Shown here piece by piece: positions 48,602 to 58,820 of a stretch of DNA of 64,000 nucleotides (within the stretch, counting starts at the first letter, position 1; each line of letters starts with the position of its first letter). The notes beneath the pieces are model-generated. The model saw only the letters and a list, made by a program, of their open reading frames with translations, was not told where the DNA came from and searched no databases. Both the position numbers and the translations under genes were made by a program. The stretch comes from Chitinophagales bacterium. Its GTDB lineage: Bacteria; Bacteroidota; Bacteroidia; Chitinophagales; Chitinophagaceae. The stretch is taken from the NCBI GenBank assembly GCA_025353485.1, contig JANXQO010000036.1, positions 9,346 through 73,345 on the forward strand. The letters are read 5' to 3'.

Positions 48602-50404
48602 ACTGGTGGAGAAATAATTAAGAATAATATTCGCTTTTGAAATGCCTACGGCTTTAGTCAATTCTTCTTCTGATAATTCTTTTATTTTTTTTACTGATTT
48701 AAATTGTTTCAATAAAATATCTGCAGTTGCTTTTCCAATTCCTTTTATTTGCTCAAGCTCATTTACAAATGTTCCGCGGCTGCGCTGGTTGCGATGGAAA
48801 TTTATGCCAAACCGGTGAACTTCATCTCTTATGCGTCTGATCAGTTTAAGGCTTTCACTATTCCACGGTAATTTAATTGATTGCTGATCTCCCGGAAAAA
48901 AAATCTCTTCTTCATTTTTAGCCAGGCCAACTATTGAAACTTTACCCTGCAGGCTTAATTCATTAATGCTTTCAACAGCCGCATTTAATTGCCCTTTACC
49001 ACCATCAATTATTATTAGTTGAGGCAGCGGCTGGTTTTCCAGCACAAGCCTTTTATATCTTCTTAAAACCACTTCCTTCATTGTTGCAAAATCATTAATG
49101 CCCTGCACTGTTTTCACATTAAATTTTCGATAATTATTTTTATCAGGTAAGCCATTAATAAAACTTACCATTGCTGAAACCGGGTAGCTTCCCTGGAAGT
49201 TGGAATTATCAAAGCATTCTATATTAACCGGGGTAGCAGGTAAATGAAGATCTTTCTGTAACAGTTCAAGCGCTTTCTTTTTTTCGCTATCACTTTTGCC
49301 TTCTAATTGCAGCATTTTTTTTCTGTTCAATTCTTCCCTAAAATAGTTTACATTTTTTTCGGAAAGATCTAATAATTTTTTTTTATCACCTGTTTTCGGA
49401 ACAGTTACAATTATGTCCTGCTCAGGATAAATAATTTCAAACGGAACAATTATTTCTTTTGCTTCACTGTTAAAAGTGCTTCTTAATTGTGCAATAGAAA
49501 ATAATAATACTTCCTCCGGAGATTCATCAAGTTTTTGTTCAAGCGTTATTGTTTTTGTAATAATAATAGTTCCGTTACTTACCACCAGGTAATTTACATA
49601 AGCAGTATCACCTTCTTTTAAAATAGAAAATACATCTACATTACCAACTTGCCCGTTTACTACCTGCGAGCGGGATTGATAATTTTGTAAATGATCTATT
49701 TTTTTTCGAAGTAATTCGGCTTTTTCAAACTTCATTTTTTGTACCTGTTGCTGCATCTCCTGTTTAAAATGCTGAATAACGGGGTAAAGATTCCCTTTCA
49801 TTAAATTTTTTAATTGCGATAATCCCTGGCTGTAATTTTCTGCAGACTGAAATCCTTCGCAGGGCCCTTTGCAATTGCCCAGGTGATATTCAAGGCAAAC
49901 TTTAAATTTTTCTTTTTTAATATTTGATTCCGTAAGATTTAGTTTGCAGGTACGTAGCTGAATATTTTGTTTAATAAAATCGAGCAATTCTCTTACTCTT
50001 GCTACCGAAGTAAAAGGCCCTAAATATTGTGAGCCATCGTTAATTTTTGTCCGGGTTAAAAATACACGGGGGAAAGGTTCATTCTTAATAACTATGTACG
50101 GATATGATTTATCATCTTTAAGATTGATATTAAATTTTGGCTGAAATTGTTTTATCAGTGCATTCTCTAATAAAAAGGCATCCTGCTCAGAATCAACAAT
50201 GGTAAATTCAATACGGTGTATACGGCGCACTAACTCGTATGTTTTGTATCCGGTAAAAGTTTTTGTGAAATACGAACTTATCCTTTTACGCAGATGTTTT
50301 GCTTTGCCTACATAAAGTATTTGATTTTTTTCGTCAAAATATTTATAAATGCCGGGGTGGCTGGGCAGTGTTTTTATTATATTTTGAAAAGTTTCAGCCG
50401 TCAT
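48578..50404 (-). CDS. uvrC: Excinuclease ABC subunit C
   Basis: GIY-YIG N-terminus (GIYKYFDEKNQILYVGKAKHLRKRISSYF), a UVR domain, an endonuclease domain and a C-terminal HhH. Confidence 0.92.
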   Translation of the reverse strand: MTAETFQNIIKTLPSHPGIYKYFDEKNQILYVGKAKHLRKRISSYFTKTFTGYKTYELVRRIHRIEFTIVDSEQDAFLLENALIKQFQPKFNINLKDDKSYPYIVIKNEPFPRVFLTRTKINDGSQYLGPFTSVARVRELLDFIKQNIQLRTCKLNLTESNIKKEKFKVCLEYHLGNCKGPCEGFQSAENYSQGLSQLKNLMKGNLYPVIQHFKQEMQQQVQKMKFEKAELLRKKIDHLQNYQSRSQVVNGQVGNVDVFSILKEGDTAYVNYLVVSNGTIIITKTITLEQKLDESPEEVLLFSIAQLRSTFNSEAKEIIVPFEIIYPEQDIIVTVPKTGDKKKLLDLSEKNVNYFREELNRKKMLQLEGKSDSEKKKALELLQKDLHLPATPVNIECFDNSNFQGSYPVSAMVSFINGLPDKNNYRKFNVKTVQGINDFATMKEVVLRRYKRLVLENQPLPQLIIIDGGKGQLNAAVESINELSLQGKVSIVGLAKNEEEIFFPGDQQSIKLPWNSESLKLIRRIRDEVHRFGINFHRNQRSRGTFVNELEQIKGIGKATADILLKQFKSVKKIKELSEEELTKAVGISKANIILNYFSTSNPINPVI

Positions 50405-50443
50405 TCAACTGCAAATTTACGGCTTTGAAAAAAAAAGAGTTGA

Positions 50444-51061
50444 TCAAGGCTCATTAAAACCCCATATCATTTTTTCTTCTTTTATTTTAGGTTGATTATT
50501 TCCCTGTTCAATAATGGTAGTTATTTTGCACCAATGTGCTGCCATCCATGTTAATTGTATTGTTTGTTTTATTGCTGCATTTTGTTTTTCATTAATTTCC
50601 TTTACGATGTAAATCCTTTTTACTTTACTTTTTTGAGGATCCACATATACATCCCACCTTCTTAATTGCATAGTATCAGGCAGTTTTGAAACCGGATCGT
50701 ATGAAAATGTAAACGCATTAATGGTTTGATCTAAAAAAGATTTTTGAGCAAAGAGATCTTTTAGATTGGAGGTATCAATTTTTGGTTGAAGAAATGGTTG
50801 TGCAAAAGTTCTAATATCTTCTTTTTTCATCCATATCGAATCCTCTTTTCCATCAATGCTGATTATTTTTAAAGGTGTAACCGGCAAGCTATCTATCTGG
50901 GCCAATTCTCCCAGAATAAATTGTGTTACCGGAAAAAAAGTATTGTCTTCCGTAGAATCTTTTTTTGTTTGTTGAGAATTTTGTGGTCGTTGTTCTGTAC
51001 AACCAACAAACAAAAAAAACATGAAAACCAGAGCTGATAAAAACCTTAAATGCATCTTCAA
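50444..51061 (-). CDS. Hypothetical lipoprotein
   Basis: Lipobox …FLFVGCTEQ. 205 aa with no motif I can assign. Confidence 0.6.
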   Translation of the reverse strand: MKMHLRFLSALVFMFFLFVGCTEQRPQNSQQTKKDSTEDNTFFPVTQFILGELAQIDSLPVTPLKIISIDGKEDSIWMKKEDIRTFAQPFLQPKIDTSNLKDLFAQKSFLDQTINAFTFSYDPVSKLPDTMQLRRWDVYVDPQKSKVKRIYIVKEINEKQNAAIKQTIQLTWMAAHWCKITTIIEQGNNQPKIKEEKMIWGFNEP

Positions 51062-51095
51062 AAATACTTTAAAAAAAAGTTTGTTGGATACAAAT

Positions 51096-51129
51096 AAAAA
51101 AACCGCTACAGGGTACGGAGCAACGGTTT
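51096..51129 (-). terminator. Possible intrinsic terminator (minus strand)
   Basis: Minus strand reads AAACCG…(18-nt loop)…CGGTTT followed by TTTTT. The stem is short. Confidence 0.4.
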
Positions 51130-51185
51130 AGTAACAGAAAGTTATGGTTTTTATATAACGATCTGAACTTACTTTTTATTGTAAA

Positions 51186-52541
51186 TTATTTTGAGATTTT
51201 GCTGATACCTATGCGTATGCCATAATTAACAAGATGTTCCTTCTCCTGGTATTGTTTTGAATAAGTAGATAAGAGCTGGTAACGTATCTGAGGCCCAATC
51301 TGCCAGTTAAATAAGTTTGATGAAAATAAAACGTATGTTGTAAAACTTGTATTCATATTCCAATTGCGTAATAAATCCGGAGCTGTCAGGTAATTAGTTT
51401 TATCGGTTGAAAGTAAATAGGATTGGCTGGCAATAACAAAAGAAGGCTGAAAAGACGCTGCTGCTCCAAATTTAATATTATCATTTTCTGCAAACACATA
51501 TTGCAAACCTATTGGGAGAGAGACCTGTAAACTATAATTTTTTAATCTTGTAAACTCTGTACCTGTACTGTTACCATAATGAGACATTGTAGAATATATA
51601 TTGTATTGCCCCGGAGTTTCACCATTTAAAGTTAATGTAGCTATAATAGGGTGAGTATTATTGGCTTGAATTTTATATCCTGAATAATTTAGCTGGAGGC
51701 CTGCCGTGAATTGTAATTTTTTAATAACAGGAAAGCTCATTTCAGTTCCTGCTTCGTATCCTATCCTTGGTTTATGGTTAACAGCATTATTTATATCCTT
51801 AGGTAAATATCTATAACTAAAAGAGGGTGATAGATAATAGGTCCAGGTAACATTACTAATTCTTTTTGGTTTATGAATATTGTCTCCATTTGCCAATGGC
51901 TGTAATTTTTTATTAGGCTCTTTAACAGTCCTGCTTATTTCTTTATTAATATGGAATGTTGTGGTTACTACTGCTTCATCATTCTTTACGATATTTAAAT
52001 CCGGTGAAGAAATAGTAACCGCTTCATCTGGCAACGAAGATTTGATTACATTATTTTCAAATTTATCAGGAGTGTTTTTATTTTCCAAAACAGTATTCCT
52101 GAGTTTGTTATTTATATTCTGAAAGAAAACTGTTGTATTTGAAGATGGCTGAATATTTTTTATAAATGATAATTGCATTGTTGCATTAAGAGGATCAATA
52201 TCCCCGGCATTTACCGCTGTGGAATTATCGCTGTTTATTAAACTCTTTGAATAAGGTTTTTTTACTGCATGTGAAATTCTTATAGGTTTTATAAGATGGT
52301 AATTATGGAGAGACGTTAAGTTATACAATGGAGTACTATGTTCATTATTGGTATTTAAATGGCCAATTATAACAAGTGTAAAAATAAAGACCATACTTAT
52401 ACCAACAGAAGGCCATCTTGTTCCCGGATGAAGATCGTTATAGATGCCATGCCATACTTTTTTTGAAGGCGCCATCTTAAACCTGTCTGCATGCCCTTTC
52501 AGGAAGTTTTCAAAATTTTCAGAGTAAAATTTTCTTTCCAT
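51186..52541 (-). CDS. Membrane-anchored protein with C-terminal outer-membrane beta-barrel-like domain (putative ECF sigma partner)
   Basis: A short N-terminal cytoplasmic segment, one TM (…WPSVGISMVFIFTLVIIGHL), a low-complexity linker, and about 200 aa of alternating beta-strand pattern. It sits directly downstream of an ECF sigma gene. Confidence 0.6.
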   Translation of the reverse strand: MERKFYSENFENFLKGHADRFKMAPSKKVWHGIYNDLHPGTRWPSVGISMVFIFTLVIIGHLNTNNEHSTPLYNLTSLHNYHLIKPIRISHAVKKPYSKSLINSDNSTAVNAGDIDPLNATMQLSFIKNIQPSSNTTVFFQNINNKLRNTVLENKNTPDKFENNVIKSSLPDEAVTISSPDLNIVKNDEAVVTTTFHINKEISRTVKEPNKKLQPLANGDNIHKPKRISNVTWTYYLSPSFSYRYLPKDINNAVNHKPRIGYEAGTEMSFPVIKKLQFTAGLQLNYSGYKIQANNTHPIIATLTLNGETPGQYNIYSTMSHYGNSTGTEFTRLKNYSLQVSLPIGLQYVFAENDNIKFGAAASFQPSFVIASQSYLLSTDKTNYLTAPDLLRNWNMNTSFTTYVLFSSNLFNWQIGPQIRYQLLSTYSKQYQEKEHLVNYGIRIGISKISK

Positions 52542-52603
52542 TTCACATAAATTTCTGTAACCGTAATCGTTAAATTGTTTTCTTTTTGGTTTTAAGGTAT
52601 TAG

Positions 52604-53188
52604 TTATTTTGCTCCAATCAAGAACCGTATTTTCTCTTTTGATTTTTGTAAAATTTTTTTATGAATCAATATTTCTTCTAACATTGCTTTTGCCCTTGTA
52701 TATTGCGATCTGCTTGTACTTTCTTCTATATCCAGCATTTGCGAAATTTCTCTATGCGTAAATCCCTCAATTGCATAAAGGTTTAAAACTGTTCTATAAC
52801 CCATTGGCAATTGCCTTACTGACTCTACCACTTCTTTAGTTTCCAATATGGAAGGAATATTATGTTCGTTCAGGTAGATGCTGCCGGCATAAATCAGGTC
52901 AACATTATCAATAAATTTTTTATTCTTGTTTAGAATATTGATACACGTATGCACAATTATTCTTCTTATCCAACCTTCTAATGCTCCTTCTCCGCGAAAT
53001 TGGGGCATTTGGGTAAATACCTTTATAAACCCCTCCTGCAGCATATCTTCCGCATCTTCGCGATTGCGGGCAAACCTGTAACAAACACCTAACATACGAG
53101 GGCTAAAACGACTGTATAATGCCTCCTGTGCGGATGCAACATTATTAAGACAGCCATGAAGCATAAGCTCTTCTGTCATATATTTCAC
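52604..53188 (-). CDS. ECF-type RNA polymerase sigma-70 factor
   Basis: Region 2 (…EDAEDMLQEGFIKVF…) and the region 4 HTH (…YRTVLNLYAIEGFTHREISQMLDIEESTSRSQYTRAK). Confidence 0.88.
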   Translation of the reverse strand: MKYMTEELMLHGCLNNVASAQEALYSRFSPRMLGVCYRFARNREDAEDMLQEGFIKVFTQMPQFRGEGALEGWIRRIIVHTCINILNKNKKFIDNVDLIYAGSIYLNEHNIPSILETKEVVESVRQLPMGYRTVLNLYAIEGFTHREISQMLDIEESTSRSQYTRAKAMLEEILIHKKILQKSKEKIRFLIGAK

Positions 53189-53288
53189 TTGGTTTTAACC
53201 CTCAAGTTATGACAAATAATTATAAAAAATTGCTGCATATCAAAATAAAATAGGTGGTAGTTTTTTAGAATATTTAAGTTATACCTAT

Positions 53289-53780
53289 TTATTTCCGTAA
53301 AAGGCTATCTGCCGGATAATGAGCTTTTATGGTATCTTTTAAAGCCTTAGTCCAGTTGGCTAAAGCAAGTTTTTGCCGGTCACTCAATTTTGCATCAGTG
53401 TGAATTAAAGAATAAGAGCTTAAGGGCATTTCATTTTTCTTTACCAGTTCATTGATATCATCTAACCTGCGAAATTGTTTTTTTATACGATAAGATGTGA
53501 ATTCTGAAAAGTTCAAACCTCTTTTTCCATCTTTGATGTGACTGTTTAGCCACCATGCCACAGGTTGAATTTCAGCATACCATGGATACCTTGTATTGTT
53601 ACTATGACAATCGTTGCAGGCCACTTTTAAAATTGCCTGAATACTGTCGGGAACAGGGTATTTAGTAGAAATATCATTAGCACTTATTCCTCCTGATTTG
53701 TTTCTTGCCGGACGAATAAATTGAATCGCAATAAAGATTATCAGCAATGCAATTAAAATTCTTTTAAAGATTTTTTTCAT
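53289..53780 (-). CDS. Heme-binding domain protein (Haem_bd family, CxxCH)
   Basis: N-terminal TM or signal followed by the CNDCHSNNTRYPWY motif. 163 aa. Confidence 0.75.
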   Translation of the reverse strand: MKKIFKRILIALLIIFIAIQFIRPARNKSGGISANDISTKYPVPDSIQAILKVACNDCHSNNTRYPWYAEIQPVAWWLNSHIKDGKRGLNFSEFTSYRIKKQFRRLDDINELVKKNEMPLSSYSLIHTDAKLSDRQKLALANWTKALKDTIKAHYPADSLLRK

Positions 53781-53831
53781 ATAATTTTTCTATAGGTATC
53801 AGGTCGCTTAAGCGCCCCGACACCAAAACAC

Positions 53832-55346
53832 CTAAGCTATAAGTACCTCTCCAGTCATCTCTTTTGGTATTGGTAAATGCATCATGGTTAATATAGTTGG
53901 AGCAAGATCGCCAAGTTTGCCTGGGTTTATATTTGCCTTCCATTCTTTATCTATAATAAAAAGGGGAACTAAATTTAATGTATGTGCAGTGTTTGGAGTT
54001 CCATCTTCATTTATCATATAATCAGCATTACCATGGTCGGCGGTTAAAAAAATTGTGTATCCATTTTCCAAAGCAGCAGTAATAATTTTTTCTACACATT
54101 TATCTACTGTTTCAGCGGCTTTTATAACAGCATTCCAAACGCCTGTATGCCCAACCATATCTGTGTTTGCAAAATTCAGGCAAATAAAATCCACTGTTTC
54201 ATTTTTTATTTCAGGAAGAAGCGCTTCTGTTAATTCATATGCACTCATCTCAGGTTGCAGGTCATAGGTTGCAACTTTTGGCGATGGTATCATAATTCTT
54301 TTCTCACCTTCAAATGGAACTTCTCTGCCACCGCTGAAAAAGAAAGTTACGTGCGGATATTTTTCTGTTTCGGCAATTCGTATTTGTTTTTTATTATGTT
54401 GTGCAAGAATATCTCCCAAAGTATTTTTCAGGTCATCGGTTTCAAAGATCACATTTATATTTTTAAAAGTATGATCATACCTGCTCATTGTTGTATAATA
54501 AAGAGACAAAGGATTCATTCCAAAATCAGGAATCGGTGTTTGTGTGAGCACCTGTGTTATCTCCCTGCAACGGTCTGTACGAAAATTAAAACATAGCACT
54601 GCATCGTCATCTTTTATTAATGCATTTACATTTTGATTTATGATCGGTTTTATAAATTCATCGGTAACATTCATTTCATAAGATTGCTCAACTGCGGTGA
54701 AAATATCATTTGTTATTGTGCCCACTCCGTTTATTAAAGCATCGTAAGCAATCTTAATTCTCTCCCATCTCTTATCACGGTCCATTGCATAATAGCGGCC
54801 AATAATTGTTGCTATTTGCCCTGTTGTATTTTGTAAATGTTTCTGTAACTCTTTTAAAAAGTGAATCCCGCTTTTAGGGTCTGTATCTCTTCCATCAGTA
54901 AATGCATGAACAAACACATTTTGTAATCCTTCTTCTTTACAAATTGTTGTTATTTCTTTTAGGTGATCAATATGAGAATGAACGCCACCATTACTTACAA
55001 GCCCCATTAAATGTAAGGGCTTACCATTATTTTTTGCATATCGGATGGTATTTAAAAGCGCCTCATTTTTTTTAAATTCTCCATTTTTTACAGCAACATT
55101 TATTCTTTCCAGCTCCTGGTAAACAATTCTTCCTGCTCCTATATTTAAATGCCCCACTTCACTGTTGCCCATTTGCCCCGCAGGTAAGCCCACTGCTTCT
55201 CCGCAGGTAACCAAAGTGGTATTTGGATATTTTGAATATAAGGAACTTACAAAAGGAACATTGGCATTTTGAATTGCATCGCTTGATTTTATTTTTCCAA
55301 GTCCCCATCCATCCATTATTATTAGTATAACTTTATTCTCTCCCAT
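53832..55346 (-). CDS. gpmI: 2,3-bisphosphoglycerate-independent phosphoglycerate mutase
   Basis: 504 aa with …LIIMDGWG…, GNSEVGHLNIGAGR and …TADHGNA… motifs. Confidence 0.92.
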   Translation of the reverse strand: MGENKVILIIMDGWGLGKIKSSDAIQNANVPFVSSLYSKYPNTTLVTCGEAVGLPAGQMGNSEVGHLNIGAGRIVYQELERINVAVKNGEFKKNEALLNTIRYAKNNGKPLHLMGLVSNGGVHSHIDHLKEITTICKEEGLQNVFVHAFTDGRDTDPKSGIHFLKELQKHLQNTTGQIATIIGRYYAMDRDKRWERIKIAYDALINGVGTITNDIFTAVEQSYEMNVTDEFIKPIINQNVNALIKDDDAVLCFNFRTDRCREITQVLTQTPIPDFGMNPLSLYYTTMSRYDHTFKNINVIFETDDLKNTLGDILAQHNKKQIRIAETEKYPHVTFFFSGGREVPFEGEKRIMIPSPKVATYDLQPEMSAYELTEALLPEIKNETVDFICLNFANTDMVGHTGVWNAVIKAAETVDKCVEKIITAALENGYTIFLTADHGNADYMINEDGTPNTAHTLNLVPLFIIDKEWKANINPGKLGDLAPTILTMMHLPIPKEMTGEVLIA

Positions 55347-55439
55347 AATTCAAAACTAATTTATTACAAGCAAAAGAAAAATTGTCAAAAAGTTAGTTGG
55401 CACGTTTTTAGACAAATTGATAGTAGCTAATTTATAAAC

Positions 55440-55814
55440 ATGAAAAATATTCTTACATATGGATCAATTGTGTTGTTGTTTTTCCTGTCTTCATTTGCTT
55501 CTGTTGATGAAGTAGTAAATGCAATAAAAACCGGGAGTGCATCACAGCTTTCAAAATTTTTTGACAATACGATAGAAATTACACTCACTGATAAAAGTAA
55601 TACTTACAGCAAAAGCCAGGGAGAGTTGGTTTTAAAAGATTTTTTTGCAAATAATATTGTAAAAGATTTTCAGGTACTGCATAGAGGAGATAATTCAAGC
55701 GCTCAATTTATTATTGGTATGCTGCAAACAAAAAATGGTGAATACAGAACAACTATTTACATGAAACAAAAAGGAGATAAACAATTAATGCAGGAAATAA
55801 GATTTGAAAAATAG
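55440..55814 (+). CDS. DUF4783-like secreted protein
   Basis: Signal peptide and a …AIKTGSASQLSKFFDNTIEITL…YSKSQGELVLKDFF… pattern. Its position upstream of nadC is common in Bacteroidota. Confidence 0.6.
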   Translation: MKNILTYGSIVLLFFLSSFASVDEVVNAIKTGSASQLSKFFDNTIEITLTDKSNTYSKSQGELVLKDFFANNIVKDFQVLHRGDNSSAQFIIGMLQTKNGEYRTTIYMKQKGDKQLMQEIRFEK

Positions 55815-55842
55815 CATTGGCAATTTTTTTTTTGAAACTTTC

Positions 55843-55867
55843 TCCCGCTTTTTAGCGGGATTTTTTT
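55843..55867 (+). terminator. Rho-independent terminator
   Basis: TCCCGCT-TTTT-AGCGGGA followed by TTTTTTT. Confidence 0.85.
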
Positions 55868-55903
55868 GTACACCACAAAAGATCATTGTTTAGTTTTGTT
55901 ATA

Positions 55904-56755
55904 ATGAATTACAAAGAGCAACTCCATCTCCTGATAAAAAATGCTTTGGAAGAAGATATTGGTGACGGTGATCATTCAACCCTAAGTTGTATAAATGCTG
56001 ATGCAAAGGGAAAAGCAATTTTAAAAATAAAAGAAGAAGGAATTATAGCCGGCATCCGGGTTGCAGAAATTATTTTTAAATATATTGAACCCGAAGCAAT
56101 TTTTACTGCTTGTAAAAATGATGGAGATAAAATGCAGTTTGGAGAAGTTGCTTTTGAAGTGCATGCAAAGGCCCGTACCATACTTACCTGTGAGCGGCTT
56201 GTTTTAAATTGTATGCAACGCATGAGCGGCATTGCAACATTAACCCGTAAATATGTTGACAGGCTTAAAGGCTACAACACAAAACTTTTAGACACACGAA
56301 AAACAACTCCTGGTTTTCGGCTACTGGAAAAAGAAGCTGTACGCATTGGCGGTGGAACCAACCATCGGTTTGGATTGTATGATATGATAATGCTGAAAGA
56401 TAACCACATTGATTATTGTGGAGGAATAGAACAGGCAATTGAAAAAGCAAATGCGTATCTGCAACAAAAAAATCTTTACCTGAAAATTGAAATTGAAACA
56501 AGAAATTTAGAAGATGTAAAAACAGTTTTGAAGGTGGGAAAAATAAACAGGATAATGCTCGATAATTTTACGTCCCAACAAATTGAAGAAGCATTACAAC
56601 TTATTAATGAAAAATATGAAACAGAAGCAAGCGGAGGAATAAATCTTGAAAACATCCGTGAGTATGCGGCAACAGGTGTGAATTATATTTCAAGCGGTGC
56701 CATTATACACCAGGCAAAAAGTGTAGACCTTAGTTTGAAAGCACAAATACTATAA
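55904..56755 (+). CDS. nadC: Nicotinate-nucleotide pyrophosphorylase (carboxylating)
   Basis: …LDTRKTTPGFRLLEKEAVRIGGGTNHRFGLYD…LKDNH… ATG 55904 is preferred over the track's TTG at 55886. Confidence 0.9.
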   Translation: MNYKEQLHLLIKNALEEDIGDGDHSTLSCINADAKGKAILKIKEEGIIAGIRVAEIIFKYIEPEAIFTACKNDGDKMQFGEVAFEVHAKARTILTCERLVLNCMQRMSGIATLTRKYVDRLKGYNTKLLDTRKTTPGFRLLEKEAVRIGGGTNHRFGLYDMIMLKDNHIDYCGGIEQAIEKANAYLQQKNLYLKIEIETRNLEDVKTVLKVGKINRIMLDNFTSQQIEEALQLINEKYETEASGGINLENIREYAATGVNYISSGAIIHQAKSVDLSLKAQIL

Positions 56756-56794
56756 CACGTACAAAATTTATGGGAATAAGAAATCAAAAAATAT

Positions 56795-57136
56795 ATGTCT
56801 AAAAAAAAATCTAACTCATCTGGCCTTGTTTATTCAACTGATCCAAATTTTAAATTACCTGAAGAGAATACTGATGATATAACAACGCTTCCTCCATCAC
56901 AGCAAAATTTACGCATAAGGTTAGATGCAAAACAAAGGGCAGGTAAGGTAGTTACTTTGATACAGGGGTTTGAGGGAAAAGAAACAGATCTGGAAGAGTT
57001 AGGTAAAAAATTAAAGTCTTTTTGCGGTACAGGCGGCTCGGTAAAGGAAAATGAAATTATTATACAAGGGGATAACCGTGATAAAATTCTTTCGTGGCTT
57101 CATAAACAGGGATTTGCAAAAGCAAAAAAGATTTAA
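56795..57136 (+). CDS. yciH: SUI1/YciH-family translation initiation factor
   Basis: 113 aa. …[22 protein letters not shown]…[26 protein letters not shown]… is typical of the SUI1 domain. Confidence 0.85.
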   Translation: MSKKKSNSSGLVYSTDPNFKLPEENTDDITTLPPSQQNLRIRLDAKQRAGKVVTLIQGFEGKETDLEELGKKLKSFCGTGGSVKENEIIIQGDNRDKILSWLHKQGFAKAKKI

Positions 57137-57247
57137 CCTAAAAGGTTACCTTTTACCCGATGATGGTATTTTATATAAATAACATTAATTGCTGAAACAT
57201 TTTTAACCTTTATCCGTTTTTAATTTAGTTTTACATAAGTGAATAAC

Positions 57248-57634
57248 ATGGTATCCAAAATATCGGAAGGTGTAACCATAAGTGTTGAAACATTTTATCA
57301 GCCTGATCACAGTAATCCTGCAAGCAGTGAATATATGTTTGCCTATCGTATTACCATTGAGAACAACAATTCTTTCACGGTAAAATTATTGCGCAGGCAC
57401 TGGTATATTTTTGATAGCGACAGTACACATCGTGAAGTGGAAGGCGAAGGCGTTATTGGCAACCAACCCGAAATTAACAGCGGTGAAAAATATCAATACA
57501 TAAGTGGTTGCAACCTTCGCACAGAGCTGGGCAAAATGCATGGTACTTATTTTATGGAAAACCTAAATAATAAAAAAACGTTTTATGTAAATATTCCTTC
57601 GTTCGAAATGACAGTGCCATTCAAATTGAATTAA
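57248..57634 (+). CDS. apaG: ApaG (DUF525) protein
   Basis: …FAYRITIENNNSFTVKLLRRHWYIFDS…EVEGEGVIGNQP…PGE-like pattern. A GTG at 57239 is an alternative start. Confidence 0.85.
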   Translation: MVSKISEGVTISVETFYQPDHSNPASSEYMFAYRITIENNNSFTVKLLRRHWYIFDSDSTHREVEGEGVIGNQPEINSGEKYQYISGCNLRTELGKMHGTYFMENLNNKKTFYVNIPSFEMTVPFKLN

Positions 57635-57661
57635 TAATAAACCCTGGTCATTAAGTCATTA

Positions 57662-57684
57662 GATACTTCTTACATCGTACATAC
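57662..57684. repeat. Family D repeat copy abutting the gldB stop
   Basis: GATACTTCTTACATCGTACATAC. It shares an exact 18-mer with 38909-38926. Confidence 0.6.
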
Positions 57685-58700
57685 TAATTCCTCGGTTTAT
57701 ATTTCGATTGGCTATAAATTTCTCTTGCATCTGTTTTCATAAATTCCTGCAAAGTAGTTTTTGGATTTTTCTCCATGTATTTTTTTACGATCTCCCAACC
57801 GCTGAATGCCCCGATATTTCCCGGCGAGCCTTCTCCCAACTCCTGTGTTTTCGGGCTTTCGCCAATATAATTTTTTACAATGTTTTGATCAGTATTATTC
57901 AGCAAATCGTTGTTCAAAAAAAAATCCCAGATAACTGCCTCATTGGTGTACGAATCTTTTAACTGCGTTTGTGTATAACCGATCTTTAAATAATCAGGCG
58001 TATAGGGTAAAAATTTATCAAGTATATATAAGCGCTTTCCTTTTTCAACCATCTGCTCTATTAAAGCTTTGCCAACACTTTTATCAGGATATAGATCATC
58101 AACTATATTTTTTATGCAGTTTACAGCGATATATTCAGGCGTAAATTTTTGAGATATGTAAGCCGGAAAAAGATCCTGCGCAATATCGCTTTTAAAAAAA
58201 GAAAAATTATTGCCCATGTGAAGTTGCAGGCCAACAGCAAAAGCATCTGTAGTTATTATATCGCTATAGCCATCAAACGGGCCGATGAATGTTATGATCT
58301 TATCCGGTGCTTTGTATTCAGGAAAATAATATTTTACAAATTGCAATCCCTTTTTTATTTCTTTTACCTGTGGGTCAAAATTTTCAAAAAGCTTATCAGT
58401 GCTGTCTTTCACAAAGCGATAATCCCGTATAAATAAATGAACATATTTTGTAAGAGAATCTGGCGGAGTGGTAGAAGCAAAGCCAAGTATTTGGCTGGTA
58501 TAATCAGTAATGAAGGAAGAATATTTAATTCTCAGGCGCTGCAATTCGTTCAGGATATTATTAGTGTCAATTGAGAAAAAATCCTTTTCAAATCGCTGCA
58601 CTTTCAACTCTATTTTTATTCCTGAAACATCAGGAATAGTTTTATTGTTGCAGGAAAAAAAAATACTACAGGCAAGAAAAAAGTACAAAAAATATTTCAT
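57684..58700 (-). CDS. gldB: Gliding motility lipoprotein GldB
   Basis: Lipobox …IFFSCNNK and a C-terminus …SPGNIGAFSGWEIVKKYMEKNP…TDAREIYSQSKYKPRN that closely resembles F. johnsoniae GldB as I recall it. Confidence 0.85.
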   Translation of the reverse strand: MKYFLYFFLACSIFFSCNNKTIPDVSGIKIELKVQRFEKDFFSIDTNNILNELQRLRIKYSSFITDYTSQILGFASTTPPDSLTKYVHLFIRDYRFVKDSTDKLFENFDPQVKEIKKGLQFVKYYFPEYKAPDKIITFIGPFDGYSDIITTDAFAVGLQLHMGNNFSFFKSDIAQDLFPAYISQKFTPEYIAVNCIKNIVDDLYPDKSVGKALIEQMVEKGKRLYILDKFLPYTPDYLKIGYTQTQLKDSYTNEAVIWDFFLNNDLLNNTDQNIVKNYIGESPKTQELGEGSPGNIGAFSGWEIVKKYMEKNPKTTLQEFMKTDAREIYSQSKYKPRN

Positions 58701-58759
58701 AATTATTGTGATTTTAAAACTATTTAAATATGGGTTTGATTAACAAAAAAATTTTTATT

Positions 58760-58792
58760 AATCTCATAATCCCATAAATCAGGGTTCAGGCA
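58760..58792. repeat. Family C repeat copy (reverse orientation)
   Basis: AATCTCATAATCCCATAAATCAGGGTTCAGGCA, the reverse complement of a TGYCTGAACCNTGATTTATGGGATTATGAGATT-type unit. Confidence 0.65.
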
Positions 58793-58820
58793 ACAAATTT
58801 ACAATCGTTAATTTTGTACT

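Noticed and set aside
58809-58816. TAATTTTG as a -7 promoter box for nadE
   Set aside because: It ends only 4 nt before the nadE ATG, so a transcript initiated from it would start inside the CDS. The N-terminus MKIFLAQQN looks genuine.
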